Shown: piece by piece, positions 1 to 8,199 of the stretch
Numbering within the stretch: position 1 is the first letter of the stretch
Layout: the number at the start of each line of letters is the position of its first letter
From: an uncultured Gammaproteobacteria bacterium
GTDB taxonomy: Bacteria; Patescibacteriota; Microgenomatia; Levybacterales; GWA1-39-11
Assembly: GCA_964640435.1 (NCBI GenBank)
Contig: CAZXFJ010000003.1
Span: 1-63,415, forward strand
Length of the DNA: 63,415 bases
Direction: 5' to 3'
Made by a program: the position numbers and the translations under genes
Notes under the pieces: model-generated
Database searches by the model: none
What the model was told of the DNA's origin: nothing
What the model saw: only the letters and a program-made list of their open reading frames with translations

Positions 1-51
1 TCAGGTTTTATAAAAAAGGATATAGCTTAGGTTATTATCTTTTGAATTCTC

Positions 52-894
52 ATGATTCAATTTAGGAATGTTACTAAAAAATATGGTAACGGAGTAACCA
101 CTCTCGATGATGTTAATTTTGAAATAGAGAGTGGTAGTTTAGTTTATTTAATTGGACCCACTGGTTCAGGTAAGACAACCATCTTTAGAATGATTATTAA
201 AGATGTTACGCCAAGTGATGGATCAATTTCTCTTGGTGAATGGGATTTAAACAAGCTTCCAAAATCAAAGATAACAGATCTTAGAAGAAAAGTTGGCGTT
301 ATCTTTCAAGACTTAAAATTACTACTTGATAGAACGATTCAGGAAAATGTTATGTTACCTCTTTTATTCTCCGGTGTTGGAGAAGCTGAAGCAAAAGCGC
401 GCGCCAACGAAATACTTGCTGAGGTTGGACTTGAGGGCAAAGAAGAACATTTTCCGGTTCAATTATCAGGAGGAGAAAAGCAGCGTGTTGCTATAGCACG
501 TGCTCTTATTTTTGACCCTGAAATACTTCTTGCAGATGAACCTACAGGAAATCTTGATATGCAGACGTCGTTTCAAATAGTTGATCTTCTTCGAGCAATT
601 AACAAAAAGGGTACAACTATTTTTATGGCTACCCACAACGATAAAATAATAGAGAAATCTGATGATCGCGTTATTGTTCTTGAAAAGGGTAAAATAATTG
701 AAGACAGAAAGTCAAAAACAAAAAAATCAGAGGTAAAACCTGCTGAAGATAAAGAAGGGCAAGTAGAGAAGAAAGTGGAAGAAAAGGAAAAAGAGAAAGA
801 GAGCAAAGAAGAGAGCAAGGAGGAGGAGAAGGAGAACCGGGAGAAAATAAAGCTGGCAACGCTTGCTCACTCAAAGGGAGGTAATAAAAGATAA
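52..894 (+). CDS. ftsE: Cell-division ABC ATPase FtsE with an unusual K/E-rich C-terminal tail
   Basis: Walker [13 protein letters not shown] signature LSGGEKQR and Walker [13 protein letters not shown]. ftsX follows directly. A roughly 60-aa Lys/Glu low-complexity tail lies after the ATPase core. Confidence 0.9.
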   Translation: MIQFRNVTKKYGNGVTTLDDVNFEIESGSLVYLIGPTGSGKTTIFRMIIKDVTPSDGSISLGEWDLNKLPKSKITDLRRKVGVIFQDLKLLLDRTIQENVMLPLLFSGVGEAEAKARANEILAEVGLEGKEEHFPVQLSGGEKQRVAIARALIFDPEILLADEPTGNLDMQTSFQIVDLLRAINKKGTTIFMATHNDKIIEKSDDRVIVLEKGKIIEDRKSKTKKSEVKPAEDKEGQVEKKVEEKEKEKESKEESKEEEKENREKIKLATLAHSKGGNKR

Positions 895-895
895 T

Positions 896-1759
896 ATGCA
901 ACTAGGAACTGTCGCAAAATACATAAGAAGATCACCATATCAAGCAATTTCTGCAACTCTTATTATGAGTCTTACTTTTTTTGCAGTAAGTATTTTTGGT
1001 ATCCTAACAATTCTTTCAATCCGCTTTATTGCATATTTTGAATCTCGTCCTCAATTGACAGTATTTTTTGAGGATCAAGCAACTCGTCAACAAATTTCAG
1101 ATCTCGAAAATCAGCTCAAAAATACGGGCAAAACATCATCAGTCACATATGTATCAAAAGAAGAGGCTTTAAAAATATACAAACAGCAAAACAAGAGCGA
1201 TCCAATACTTTTGGATCTTGTTACATCAGATATTTTACCTGCTTCGATTGAAGTTCAGGCGGTGCAAGCACAAGATCTATCATCTTTGTCAAATATTGTT
1301 AAAAAATCTCCAATTGTTGAGCAGGTTGTTTTTCAAAAAGATATAGTCGATACGCTTATTTCATGGACTAATGCCTTTAGACAAATTGGTCTATTTGTAA
1401 TTGGAATACTTCTAATAGTATCTGTATTTGTCATAGTTACAATTATTGGTATAAAGATTACTGTAAGACGTGAGGAAATTGAAATTATGCGACTTATTGG
1501 TGCTTCTAATTGGTTTATTCGGGCACCATTTTTACTTGAGGGAATGTTTTATGGGTTTGTGGGATCAATTATTGGGGGAGTATCTGCAATTGGTCTTTTT
1601 TACTACTTCACGCCTGCTCTCGAATCTTTCTTAAAAGGTGTAGCGATTTTCCCACTCTCTCCATTGATCATTGGAGAGCTTCTACTCATAGAAATAATAA
1701 TTGCTTGTGCATTGGGTGCATTTGCATCTTATGTTGCAGTGTTAAGATATCTTAAATAG
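896..1759 (+). CDS. ftsX: Cell-division permease-like protein FtsX
   Basis: One N-terminal TM helix, a large extracytoplasmic loop and 3 C-terminal TM helices, immediately after ftsE. ATG 896 is preceded by GGGAGG (876-881). The ORF track's TTG at 863 would overlap ftsE. Confidence 0.85.
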   Translation: MQLGTVAKYIRRSPYQAISATLIMSLTFFAVSIFGILTILSIRFIAYFESRPQLTVFFEDQATRQQISDLENQLKNTGKTSSVTYVSKEEALKIYKQQNKSDPILLDLVTSDILPASIEVQAVQAQDLSSLSNIVKKSPIVEQVVFQKDIVDTLISWTNAFRQIGLFVIGILLIVSVFVIVTIIGIKITVRREEIEIMRLIGASNWFIRAPFLLEGMFYGFVGSIIGGVSAIGLFYYFTPALESFLKGVAIFPLSPLIIGELLLIEIIIACALGAFASYVAVLRYLK

Positions 1760-1783
1760 GCAGCTACTTAGCGGTGAAAAAAT

Positions 1784-3049
1784 ATGACAAGACGTATAAC
1801 AAGGTATGTACTTTTGGTAGCCATAGCTTTTAGTTTTGCACTAATTCCTCTAAATACTGTATTTGCAGAAGATTCGCCAACTCCAAGTCCTGAGACGAGT
1901 GGAACACCAACTCCAACATCAGCTCCTGACAATACTAAGGCGATTGCAGACCTTCAACAGAAAATAAGTGATTATCAGTCAAAGCTAACTGAACTTAGAG
2001 GACAAGAAAAAACTCTAAATTCTCAAATTGGAATAATGGATAATCAGATAAAACTTACTGAGGTTAGAATTGATGCAACAGAGGCTCAAATAGGAGAGCT
2101 AGAGAAAGATATCGATATTGCTAAAAATAAAGTTAATGACTTACAGACTAATATTGATAAATCTACGAAAGCATTAATTGGAAGGATTGCAGCGGTTTAC
2201 CAAGTTGGGTCAATGAAGCCATGGGAGATATTTTTAGCAGCAAATAATATAGCAGATGTTTTTAAGCGATTAACATACTTACGAATTGTTCAAATTGCAG
2301 ATAAGCAAAAAGTTTATGCGGCAGAACAAGCAAAGAATGATTATACCAATCAAAAATCCATTTATGAAGAAAAACAGGCAGAAGCAGAGGCTTTGAGTAA
2401 GAAGCTTGAAGACTACACAGATCAATTAGATCAGGAAAAAAGTGCGAAACAAACATTACTAACTCAAACACAAGGAAATGAAGCAAATTATCAAAAGCTT
2501 CTTTCACAAGCTCAAGCACAACTTGCAAGCTTCTCTCGATTTACGGCAAACGCAGGAGGATCATCACTTCTATCAGGTCAAACTTCATGTGATGATTGGG
2601 GATGTTATTATAATCAGCGTGATACACAATGGGGAGGATTATCTTTGAATGGAACACAATATTCTCTTGCATCTGATGGATGTTTAGTTACTTCAATGGC
2701 GATGGTTTTAACTCACTATGGTCATAGGGGAGTAACTCCAATTTCAATTAACTCAAACTCGGATAATTTTGCATCATACTACCCAGCATATCTTCTTTAT
2801 ACGATTAAGGTTGATGGAGTAACGGCGCAAAGAGTAGGGGCATCAATTGATTCAACTCTCGCTGGAGGAAATCCACTTGTTGTTGGAGTAAGAGCATATG
2901 GAGGTACTCACTTTGTAGTTCTTACTGGTGGAAGTGGTGGAAATTACACGATGCGTGATCCATATATTCCAAATGGAAAAGATATAAGTTTCAATGCTCA
3001 TTATTCAGTCGGAAGTATATTTGAAGTTCAGCGTGTAGTTGTGAACTAA
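1784..3049 (+). CDS. Secreted coiled-coil protein with a C-terminal C39-like (papain-fold) cysteine peptidase domain; putative FtsEX-coupled cell-wall hydrolase
   Basis: Signal/TM segment, PT linker, about 200 aa of heptad-like Q/K/E-rich coiled coil, then a DGCLVTSMAMVLTHYG (Cys) ... GGTHFVVLTGG (His) pattern typical of Peptidase_C39_2-like domains. It sits directly downstream of ftsEX. Confidence 0.65.
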   Translation: MTRRITRYVLLVAIAFSFALIPLNTVFAEDSPTPSPETSGTPTPTSAPDNTKAIADLQQKISDYQSKLTELRGQEKTLNSQIGIMDNQIKLTEVRIDATEAQIGELEKDIDIAKNKVNDLQTNIDKSTKALIGRIAAVYQVGSMKPWEIFLAANNIADVFKRLTYLRIVQIADKQKVYAAEQAKNDYTNQKSIYEEKQAEAEALSKKLEDYTDQLDQEKSAKQTLLTQTQGNEANYQKLLSQAQAQLASFSRFTANAGGSSLLSGQTSCDDWGCYYNQRDTQWGGLSLNGTQYSLASDGCLVTSMAMVLTHYGHRGVTPISINSNSDNFASYYPAYLLYTIKVDGVTAQRVGASIDSTLAGGNPLVVGVRAYGGTHFVVLTGGSGGNYTMRDPYIPNGKDISFNAHYSVGSIFEVQRVVVN

Positions 3050-3096
3050 AAACTATATTTTTGAATAATTTTTTGTTAGACTCAGGGTAATTATTA

Positions 3097-3954
3097 ATGC
3101 GTAAAATAATTCCGGTTTTATTCTTATTCCTTTTTTTATTAATCCCTCAGAAAGCTTTTGCAGCCCTTTATATAAATGAATTTTCATCAAATTCCTCTCC
3201 TGAATGGGTAGAAATATACAACTCAGATAGTGCTTCAGTTGATCTTTCAAATTATGTTATTCGTGACTCAACAGATGCACATAAAATAGATCTTTCTGGA
3301 AGTATTGACCCGAATGGTTATAGGGTATTTGAATTTGGAGGATCAACTCTTAATAACGATGGAGATAAAATTAGGCTTCTTGTAAAAAATGAAGGTGGAG
3401 TTGAAAACAGTGTAAACGAAGTTGTATATGGTGTACCAGGAGATGTTAGGGCACCAGAAAGTGGTCAGGTGGCGGGGAGAAATCCTGATGGAACTTCAAA
3501 CTGGGTTATTTTTTCAAGTGGTACAAAAGGAGCTACAAACAATTCTGCAAATGTTGTATATACTCCAACTCCGACAAATAGTCCAACGCCTACTCCAACA
3601 TCTTCGCCCACGTCAACAAAAACTCCAACACCTGCGCCAACTTCAACACCAACGAAAGCTCCAACAGCAACGCCTACTAAAGTTCTAAGTCCCACATCAA
3701 CAACCGCGCCAACTCCTACGGATGATCCAAATTCAGACTTAAGAGTTGAAGACTCAAATGATCAAAAAGTATTTGGGGATTCTAATGATTCTTCAGATTC
3801 AACTTCTGAAGGAGAAGTTTTAGGTATTAGTACCAGCGGAGCTCCACTAATGTTTATCGTCCTGGGTTTGATAATTCTGGCAGTTTGTGGCATACTTGTC
3901 TACCTTCAATTCGGAGATAAAATAATGCTCCGATTTAAAAAGAAATCCTTATAA
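3097..3954 (+). CDS. Surface protein with a lamin-tail-domain (LTD)-like fold, a PT-rich linker and a C-terminal TM anchor
   Basis: Signal peptide; LYINEF..PEWVEIYN..VDLSNYVIRD...GDKIRLL matches the LTD motif pattern; a long TPTPT linker; a C-terminal hydrophobic helix plus a basic tail. Confidence 0.65.
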   Translation: MRKIIPVLFLFLFLLIPQKAFAALYINEFSSNSSPEWVEIYNSDSASVDLSNYVIRDSTDAHKIDLSGSIDPNGYRVFEFGGSTLNNDGDKIRLLVKNEGGVENSVNEVVYGVPGDVRAPESGQVAGRNPDGTSNWVIFSSGTKGATNNSANVVYTPTPTNSPTPTPTSSPTSTKTPTPAPTSTPTKAPTATPTKVLSPTSTTAPTPTDDPNSDLRVEDSNDQKVFGDSNDSSDSTSEGEVLGISTSGAPLMFIVLGLIILAVCGILVYLQFGDKIMLRFKKKSL

Positions 3955-3956
3955 AA

Positions 3957-4385
3957 ATGAAAAATAAATTTGTTTCAAATTCTGTTAAGGATACAGAAGA
4001 TATTGGTGTAAAGCTTGCTAGTAATTTAAAGCCTGGCGATATTATCGTGCTTACAGGTGAATTAGGAGCAGGAAAAACAGTTTTTTCTCGTGGCATAGCA
4101 AAAGGACTTAATGTTAAAAGTCGCGTTATTTCGCCAACGTTTGTTTTAGTGCGTAAGCATAGAGGTAAGCTTAATAACGAAAAAGTAAATTTATATCACA
4201 TAGACTTATATAGACTTGAGACAGGAAGTGATATAAAAAGCTTAGGACTTGAAGACATATTTGAAGATATTAAAGGAATATTTTTAATCGAATGGGGTAA
4301 AAAACATGATGCCCTGAAAGCAAATTATCAAGTTGAAATTGAAATATTACACGATGATAAAAGGAGAATAACAATAAATGAATAA
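3957..4385 (+). CDS. tsaE: tRNA t6A37 biosynthesis ATPase TsaE (YjeE)
   Basis: P-loop GELGAGKTVFSRGIAKGL and SPTF motif, about 140 aa. It overlaps tsaC by 8 nt. Confidence 0.85.
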   Translation: MKNKFVSNSVKDTEDIGVKLASNLKPGDIIVLTGELGAGKTVFSRGIAKGLNVKSRVISPTFVLVRKHRGKLNNEKVNLYHIDLYRLETGSDIKSLGLEDIFEDIKGIFLIEWGKKHDALKANYQVEIEILHDDKRRITINE

Positions 4386-4947
4386 AGGAATAAGTAATGC
4401 TATAAAAATTTTAAGAAAAGGTGGAATAGTTATTTATCCTACAGATACAGCATTTGGAATAGGAAGCAGAATTGACGATGTTGATGCTGTTAAAAAAGTT
4501 TTTAAACTTCGTAACAGACCAAGTGAAAAGGCTGTACCAATTTTGGTTTCATCATTTTCTATGGCAAAAAAATATGGAGTATTTAATTCTACGGCTGAAA
4601 AATTAGCGCGCAAGTATTGGCCGGGTGGGTTAACAATTGTTGTACCGGCAATAAAAGAAAGTGTTCCATCTGTTGTTCGTGGTGGAGCAGAAACGGTTGG
4701 TTTGAGAATGCCAAAACATTCTTCAGCGTTACGATTAATAAGTGAAACTGGAGTTCCATTGGTGGGTTGTTCAGCTAATTTTGCCGGTGGGCAGACTCCC
4801 CACAAATTGTCAGATTTAGATATAGAACTTACCAAGCTTGTTGATTATGTATTATCAGGTAGATGTTCTGTAAAAAAATCATCTACAGTTGTTGATACAT
4901 CGACAGACAAGATTAAAATATTAAGAAAGGGAGCAGTTAATTTATAA
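4378..4947 (+). CDS. tsaC: L-threonylcarbamoyladenylate synthase, short YrdC/TsaC type
   Basis: YPTDTAFGIG ... RNRPSEKAVPILV ... GLRMP motifs of the YrdC/Sua5 family; 189 aa with no Sua5 C-terminal domain. Confidence 0.85.
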   Translation: MNKGISNAIKILRKGGIVIYPTDTAFGIGSRIDDVDAVKKVFKLRNRPSEKAVPILVSSFSMAKKYGVFNSTAEKLARKYWPGGLTIVVPAIKESVPSVVRGGAETVGLRMPKHSSALRLISETGVPLVGCSANFAGGQTPHKLSDLDIELTKLVDYVLSGRCSVKKSSTVVDTSTDKIKILRKGAVNL

Positions 4948-4950
4948 ATT

Positions 4951-5262
4951 ATGAACATATTATATATTGATACAAGAGACAACAAACACATAATAATAAA
5001 AGTTAAAAAGGATTTAGAGGAATTTATAGAAGAGGATGTTGCTGTTGCATCTAAAGCGCAAACTATTTTGCCTCTTGTAGAAAAAGCTTTAAAAAAAGCA
5101 GGACTTGAAACAAAAGATATTAACGAAATTGAAGTCGAACGTGGTCCAGGAGCATTTACTGGTCTTCGCGTCGGGGTATCAATTGCAAACTCACTGGGAT
5201 TTGCTAATGGGATAAAAATAAATGGGAAAGAAATCGGAGAAATAGAGTTGCCAAGTTACTAA
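4951..5262 (+). CDS. tsaB: TsaB (YeaZ)-like protein, N-terminal half only (103 aa)
   Basis: GPGAFTGLRVGVSIANSLGF is the TsaB/TsaD ASKHA signature. The ORF ends at TAA 5260-5262 and no C-terminal half is found in any frame. Confidence 0.6.
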   Translation: MNILYIDTRDNKHIIIKVKKDLEEFIEEDVAVASKAQTILPLVEKALKKAGLETKDINEIEVERGPGAFTGLRVGVSIANSLGFANGIKINGKEIGEIELPSY

Positions 5263-5307
5263 GCCCTGTATTTGCATATTTGGTTGGTTGTTTATTATGA
5301 TTACTCT

Positions 5308-6207
5308 ATGCTCGATTTTATTAAACATTGGCTTACTCCTCATAAAGGTAATAATCATCGAGCGAAAATTCTTCACAATGCTAGTCTCTCGGTAGTAATT
5401 CTCGCAATATTTGTTGTAACTCTTGGCGCAAACTTTATAAAGACAAATCATCCGGAGGTACTCGGAATTTCATATTCAATTTCAGAAAACGATCTTCTTG
5501 CGCAAACAAATCAGCAAAGAATTTCAAATGGTCTTGAGCCCTTAACCATGAACTCTCAGCTCGCAGACGCAGCAAGAAGAAAAGCTGCTGACATGTTTGC
5601 TAAAAATTATTGGGCTCACTTTGCACCGGATGGATCCACAAGTCCTTGGCAATTTATTAGAAGTGCGGGATATGATTATCAATTTGCTGGGGAAAATCTT
5701 GCAAAGGGTTTTACAGACTCAGGTTCAATTGTAAATGCTTGGATGAATTCTCCAACCCATAGAGAAAATATGCTTAACGGTCGGTATAGAGAAGTTGGGT
5801 TTGCAATAGTGCCTGGTGTATTAAATGGGGAGGATACAGTTCTTGTAGTTCAGATGTTTGGAGCATTACCAGGGGAGGCAAGTGTACCAAGTGTGACAGG
5901 GGAAGAGGTTCAACCTCAGGCTGCATTGCCTACAGCTGTGCCAACTGCAATTATTACACAGGCTCCAGTTCAAGAGGTTAAAAGTACTGCCTCAAATCTT
6001 AAGAATCCTATTGTAAGTTCTGAGGCAACATCTAAGACGATTTTGACTGTTGTTTTGTCATTTATAATCCTAGGACTTATCCTTGATGGATTAATTGTAG
6101 AGAGAAAGAAGATCCCAAGATTGGTAGGTCATAATTTAGATCACATAATGTTAATTCTTACATTTATATTATTCTTAGTTATTATGAAAGGTGGGGTGGT
6201 AATATAA
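5308..6207 (+). CDS. CAP/SCP (YkwD-like) domain protein with N- and C-terminal TM segments
   Basis: NQQRISNGLEPL...ADMFAKNYWAHF...GENLAKGF...WMNSPTHRENML is the CAP-domain pattern. ATG 5308 is preferred over TTG 5272. Confidence 0.7.
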   Translation: MLDFIKHWLTPHKGNNHRAKILHNASLSVVILAIFVVTLGANFIKTNHPEVLGISYSISENDLLAQTNQQRISNGLEPLTMNSQLADAARRKAADMFAKNYWAHFAPDGSTSPWQFIRSAGYDYQFAGENLAKGFTDSGSIVNAWMNSPTHRENMLNGRYREVGFAIVPGVLNGEDTVLVVQMFGALPGEASVPSVTGEEVQPQAALPTAVPTAIITQAPVQEVKSTASNLKNPIVSSEATSKTILTVVLSFIILGLILDGLIVERKKIPRLVGHNLDHIMLILTFILFLVIMKGGVVI

Positions 6208-6458
6208 TGTTAAAAAAACATCACGGCTTTTATTATTTTGCTGAACTTCTTGTAATTCTTGTTGGTTTCTTCTCGATTTATATGTTGAGGTATGACTTTA
6301 TTTTGCAAGAAATAACTTTAATTTTGGTATTAGTGATTTATTCTATTCTTGGAATCTTACATCATTCATTACATCACAACTTGCGCTTAAAAATTGTGAT
6401 AGAATATACACTGATAAGCATATTAATATTTGCTTGTTTTAAATTTTTAAATATATAA
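6207..6458 (+). CDS. Small membrane protein (3 TM, His-rich loop), hypothetical
   Basis: The ORF fills the gap exactly between neighbouring genes. It has hydrophobic helices and no recognised family. Confidence 0.4.
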   Translation: MLKKHHGFYYFAELLVILVGFFSIYMLRYDFILQEITLILVLVIYSILGILHHSLHHNLRLKIVIEYTLISILIFACFKFLNI

Positions 6459-7181
6459 ATGAAAGGTATAATACTTGCAGGCGGAAAAGCGACAAGACTT
6501 AGACCATTAACAAAAATAACCTCAAAACAGTTGCTTCCTGTTTATAATAAGCCCATGATTTACTATCCAATTGAGACGTTAAAACGTGCTGGAATAACTG
6601 AAGTATTAATAATTGTTGCTCCAGATTACGCAGGACATTTTCTAAATCTTTTAGGTTCAGGAAATGAGAAGGGAATGAAATTCACATATGAAGTTCAACC
6701 AGAAGCAAGAGGATTGGCTGATGCATTCATTATTGGAGAGGATTTTATTGGAAATGAAAGCGTTGCAATGATTTTAGGTGATAATATTTTTGAACATGAT
6801 TTTACGCAAAGTGTCGCAACCTTTAAATCAGGAGCACGAGTTTTTGCTAAGAAAGTTCCAGATCCTGAGCGTTTGGGAGTAGTTGAATTTGACGAAAATA
6901 TGAAAGTAATCTCAATTGTTGAAAAACCAGAGCATCCTAAAAGTGATTATGCTGTTGTTGGTTTTTATTTGTATGACAATAAGGTAATTGAATATGCAAA
7001 AAGTCTAAAACCGTCATCTCGTGGAGAAATTGAAATTGTAGATCTTCATAATAAATATCTTGAAAAAGGTGATCTCGATGTTAATATAATTGAAGGAATG
7101 TGGGAGGATGCAGGAACTTTTGATAGTTTGCTTCGTGTAAATAATCTTGTCGCAGAAAAGGTAAAGGCAGGAGAACTATAA
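6459..7181 (+). CDS. rmlA: Sugar-1-phosphate nucleotidylyltransferase, short RmlA-like (glucose-1-phosphate thymidylyltransferase-like)
   Basis: N-terminal GIILAGGKATRLRPLT motif; 240 aa; directly upstream of rmlB. Confidence 0.8.
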   Translation: MKGIILAGGKATRLRPLTKITSKQLLPVYNKPMIYYPIETLKRAGITEVLIIVAPDYAGHFLNLLGSGNEKGMKFTYEVQPEARGLADAFIIGEDFIGNESVAMILGDNIFEHDFTQSVATFKSGARVFAKKVPDPERLGVVEFDENMKVISIVEKPEHPKSDYAVVGFYLYDNKVIEYAKSLKPSSRGEIEIVDLHNKYLEKGDLDVNIIEGMWEDAGTFDSLLRVNNLVAEKVKAGEL

Positions 7182-7185
7182 CTTC

Positions 7186-8199
7186 ATGAAACTACTTGTA
7201 ACCGGTGGAGCCGGATTTATAGGATCAAATTTTATTCTTTACTGGATTAAAAATCATCCAGATGATGAGATTATTAATTTTGATAAATTAACCTATGCAG
7301 GTAATCTCGAGAATTTAAAAGAAATTGAGACAAGTCCTAATTATAAATTTATACATGGTGATATAACAAAAATAGATGAGGTTAATTCTGCAATGCAAGG
7401 AATTGATACCGTTGTTCATTTTGCTGCTGAATCACATGTTGATCGCTCTATAAATGATCCTGCGCCTTTTGTTGTAACTAATGTTTTAGGTACTCAAGTT
7501 CTTCTTGATTCAGCACTTAAAAACAATGTTAAGCGTTTTCATCACATTTCAACTGATGAAGTGTTTGGTGCTTTGGCACTTGATGACCATAATAAGTTTA
7601 ATGAAAAAACACCTTATGATCCAAGAAGTCCTTATTCAGCAAGTAAAGCAGGCTCAGATCATCTAGTTCGTGCATATCACACAACATATAGTCTTCCTAT
7701 AACAATAACAAATTGTTCAAATAACTTTGGTCCATTTCAATTTCCTGAAAAAATTATTCCACTCGCCATAACAAACCTTTTAGAGGGTAAAAAAGTTCCA
7801 GTTTACGGTGATGGATTATATGTTCGTGACTGGTTATATGTGGAAGATCATGTGAGAGCAATTGAAGCAGTATTAAAAGGCGGAAAGGATGGAGAAACAT
7901 ATGTTGTTGGAGGTTTGGAAGAGGATATACCAAATATCGAAGTAGTGAAAAAAATTATAAAAATTCTTGGAAAGTCTGAGGACCAAATAGAATTTGTCGA
8001 TGATAGACCAGGACATGATAGAAGATATGCTGTTGATTGGTCGAAAATAAAAAACGAATTATCTTGGGAGCCAAAATATGGATTTGATGAGTGGCTTGAG
8101 GCAACAGTTGAGTGGTACAAGAATAATCAGGAATGGTGGAAGAGCGTTAAGGATGGAGAATATAAAAAATATTATGAAAAACAGTACAAATCAATATGA
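7186..8199 (+). CDS. rmlB: dTDP-glucose 4,6-dehydratase
   Basis: VTGGAGFIGSNF, STDEVFG, the YSASKAGSDHLV (YxxxK) motif and RPGHDRRYA are classic RmlB features. Confidence 0.9.
   Translation: MKLLVTGGAGFIGSNFILYWIKNHPDDEIINFDKLTYAGNLENLKEIETSPNYKFIHGDITKIDEVNSAMQGIDTVVHFAAESHVDRSINDPAPFVVTNVLGTQVLLDSALKNNVKRFHHISTDEVFGALALDDHNKFNEKTPYDPRSPYSASKAGSDHLVRAYHTTYSLPITITNCSNNFGPFQFPEKIIPLAITNLLEGKKVPVYGDGLYVRDWLYVEDHVRAIEAVLKGGKDGETYVVGGLEEDIPNIEVVKKIIKILGKSEDQIEFVDDRPGHDRRYAVDWSKIKNELSWEPKYGFDEWLEATVEWYKNNQEWWKSVKDGEYKKYYEKQYKSI

Noticed and set aside
3540-3730. Repetitive CCAAC/ACTCC nucleotide tract, considered as a possible tandem repeat or CRISPR-like array, plus two ORF-track ORFs (3422-3688 plus strand, 3465-3695 minus strand)
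   Set aside because: It is the in-frame Pro/Thr linker of the LTD protein. The periodicity is imperfect, there is no repeat-spacer structure, and the alternative-frame ORFs are low-complexity shadows.
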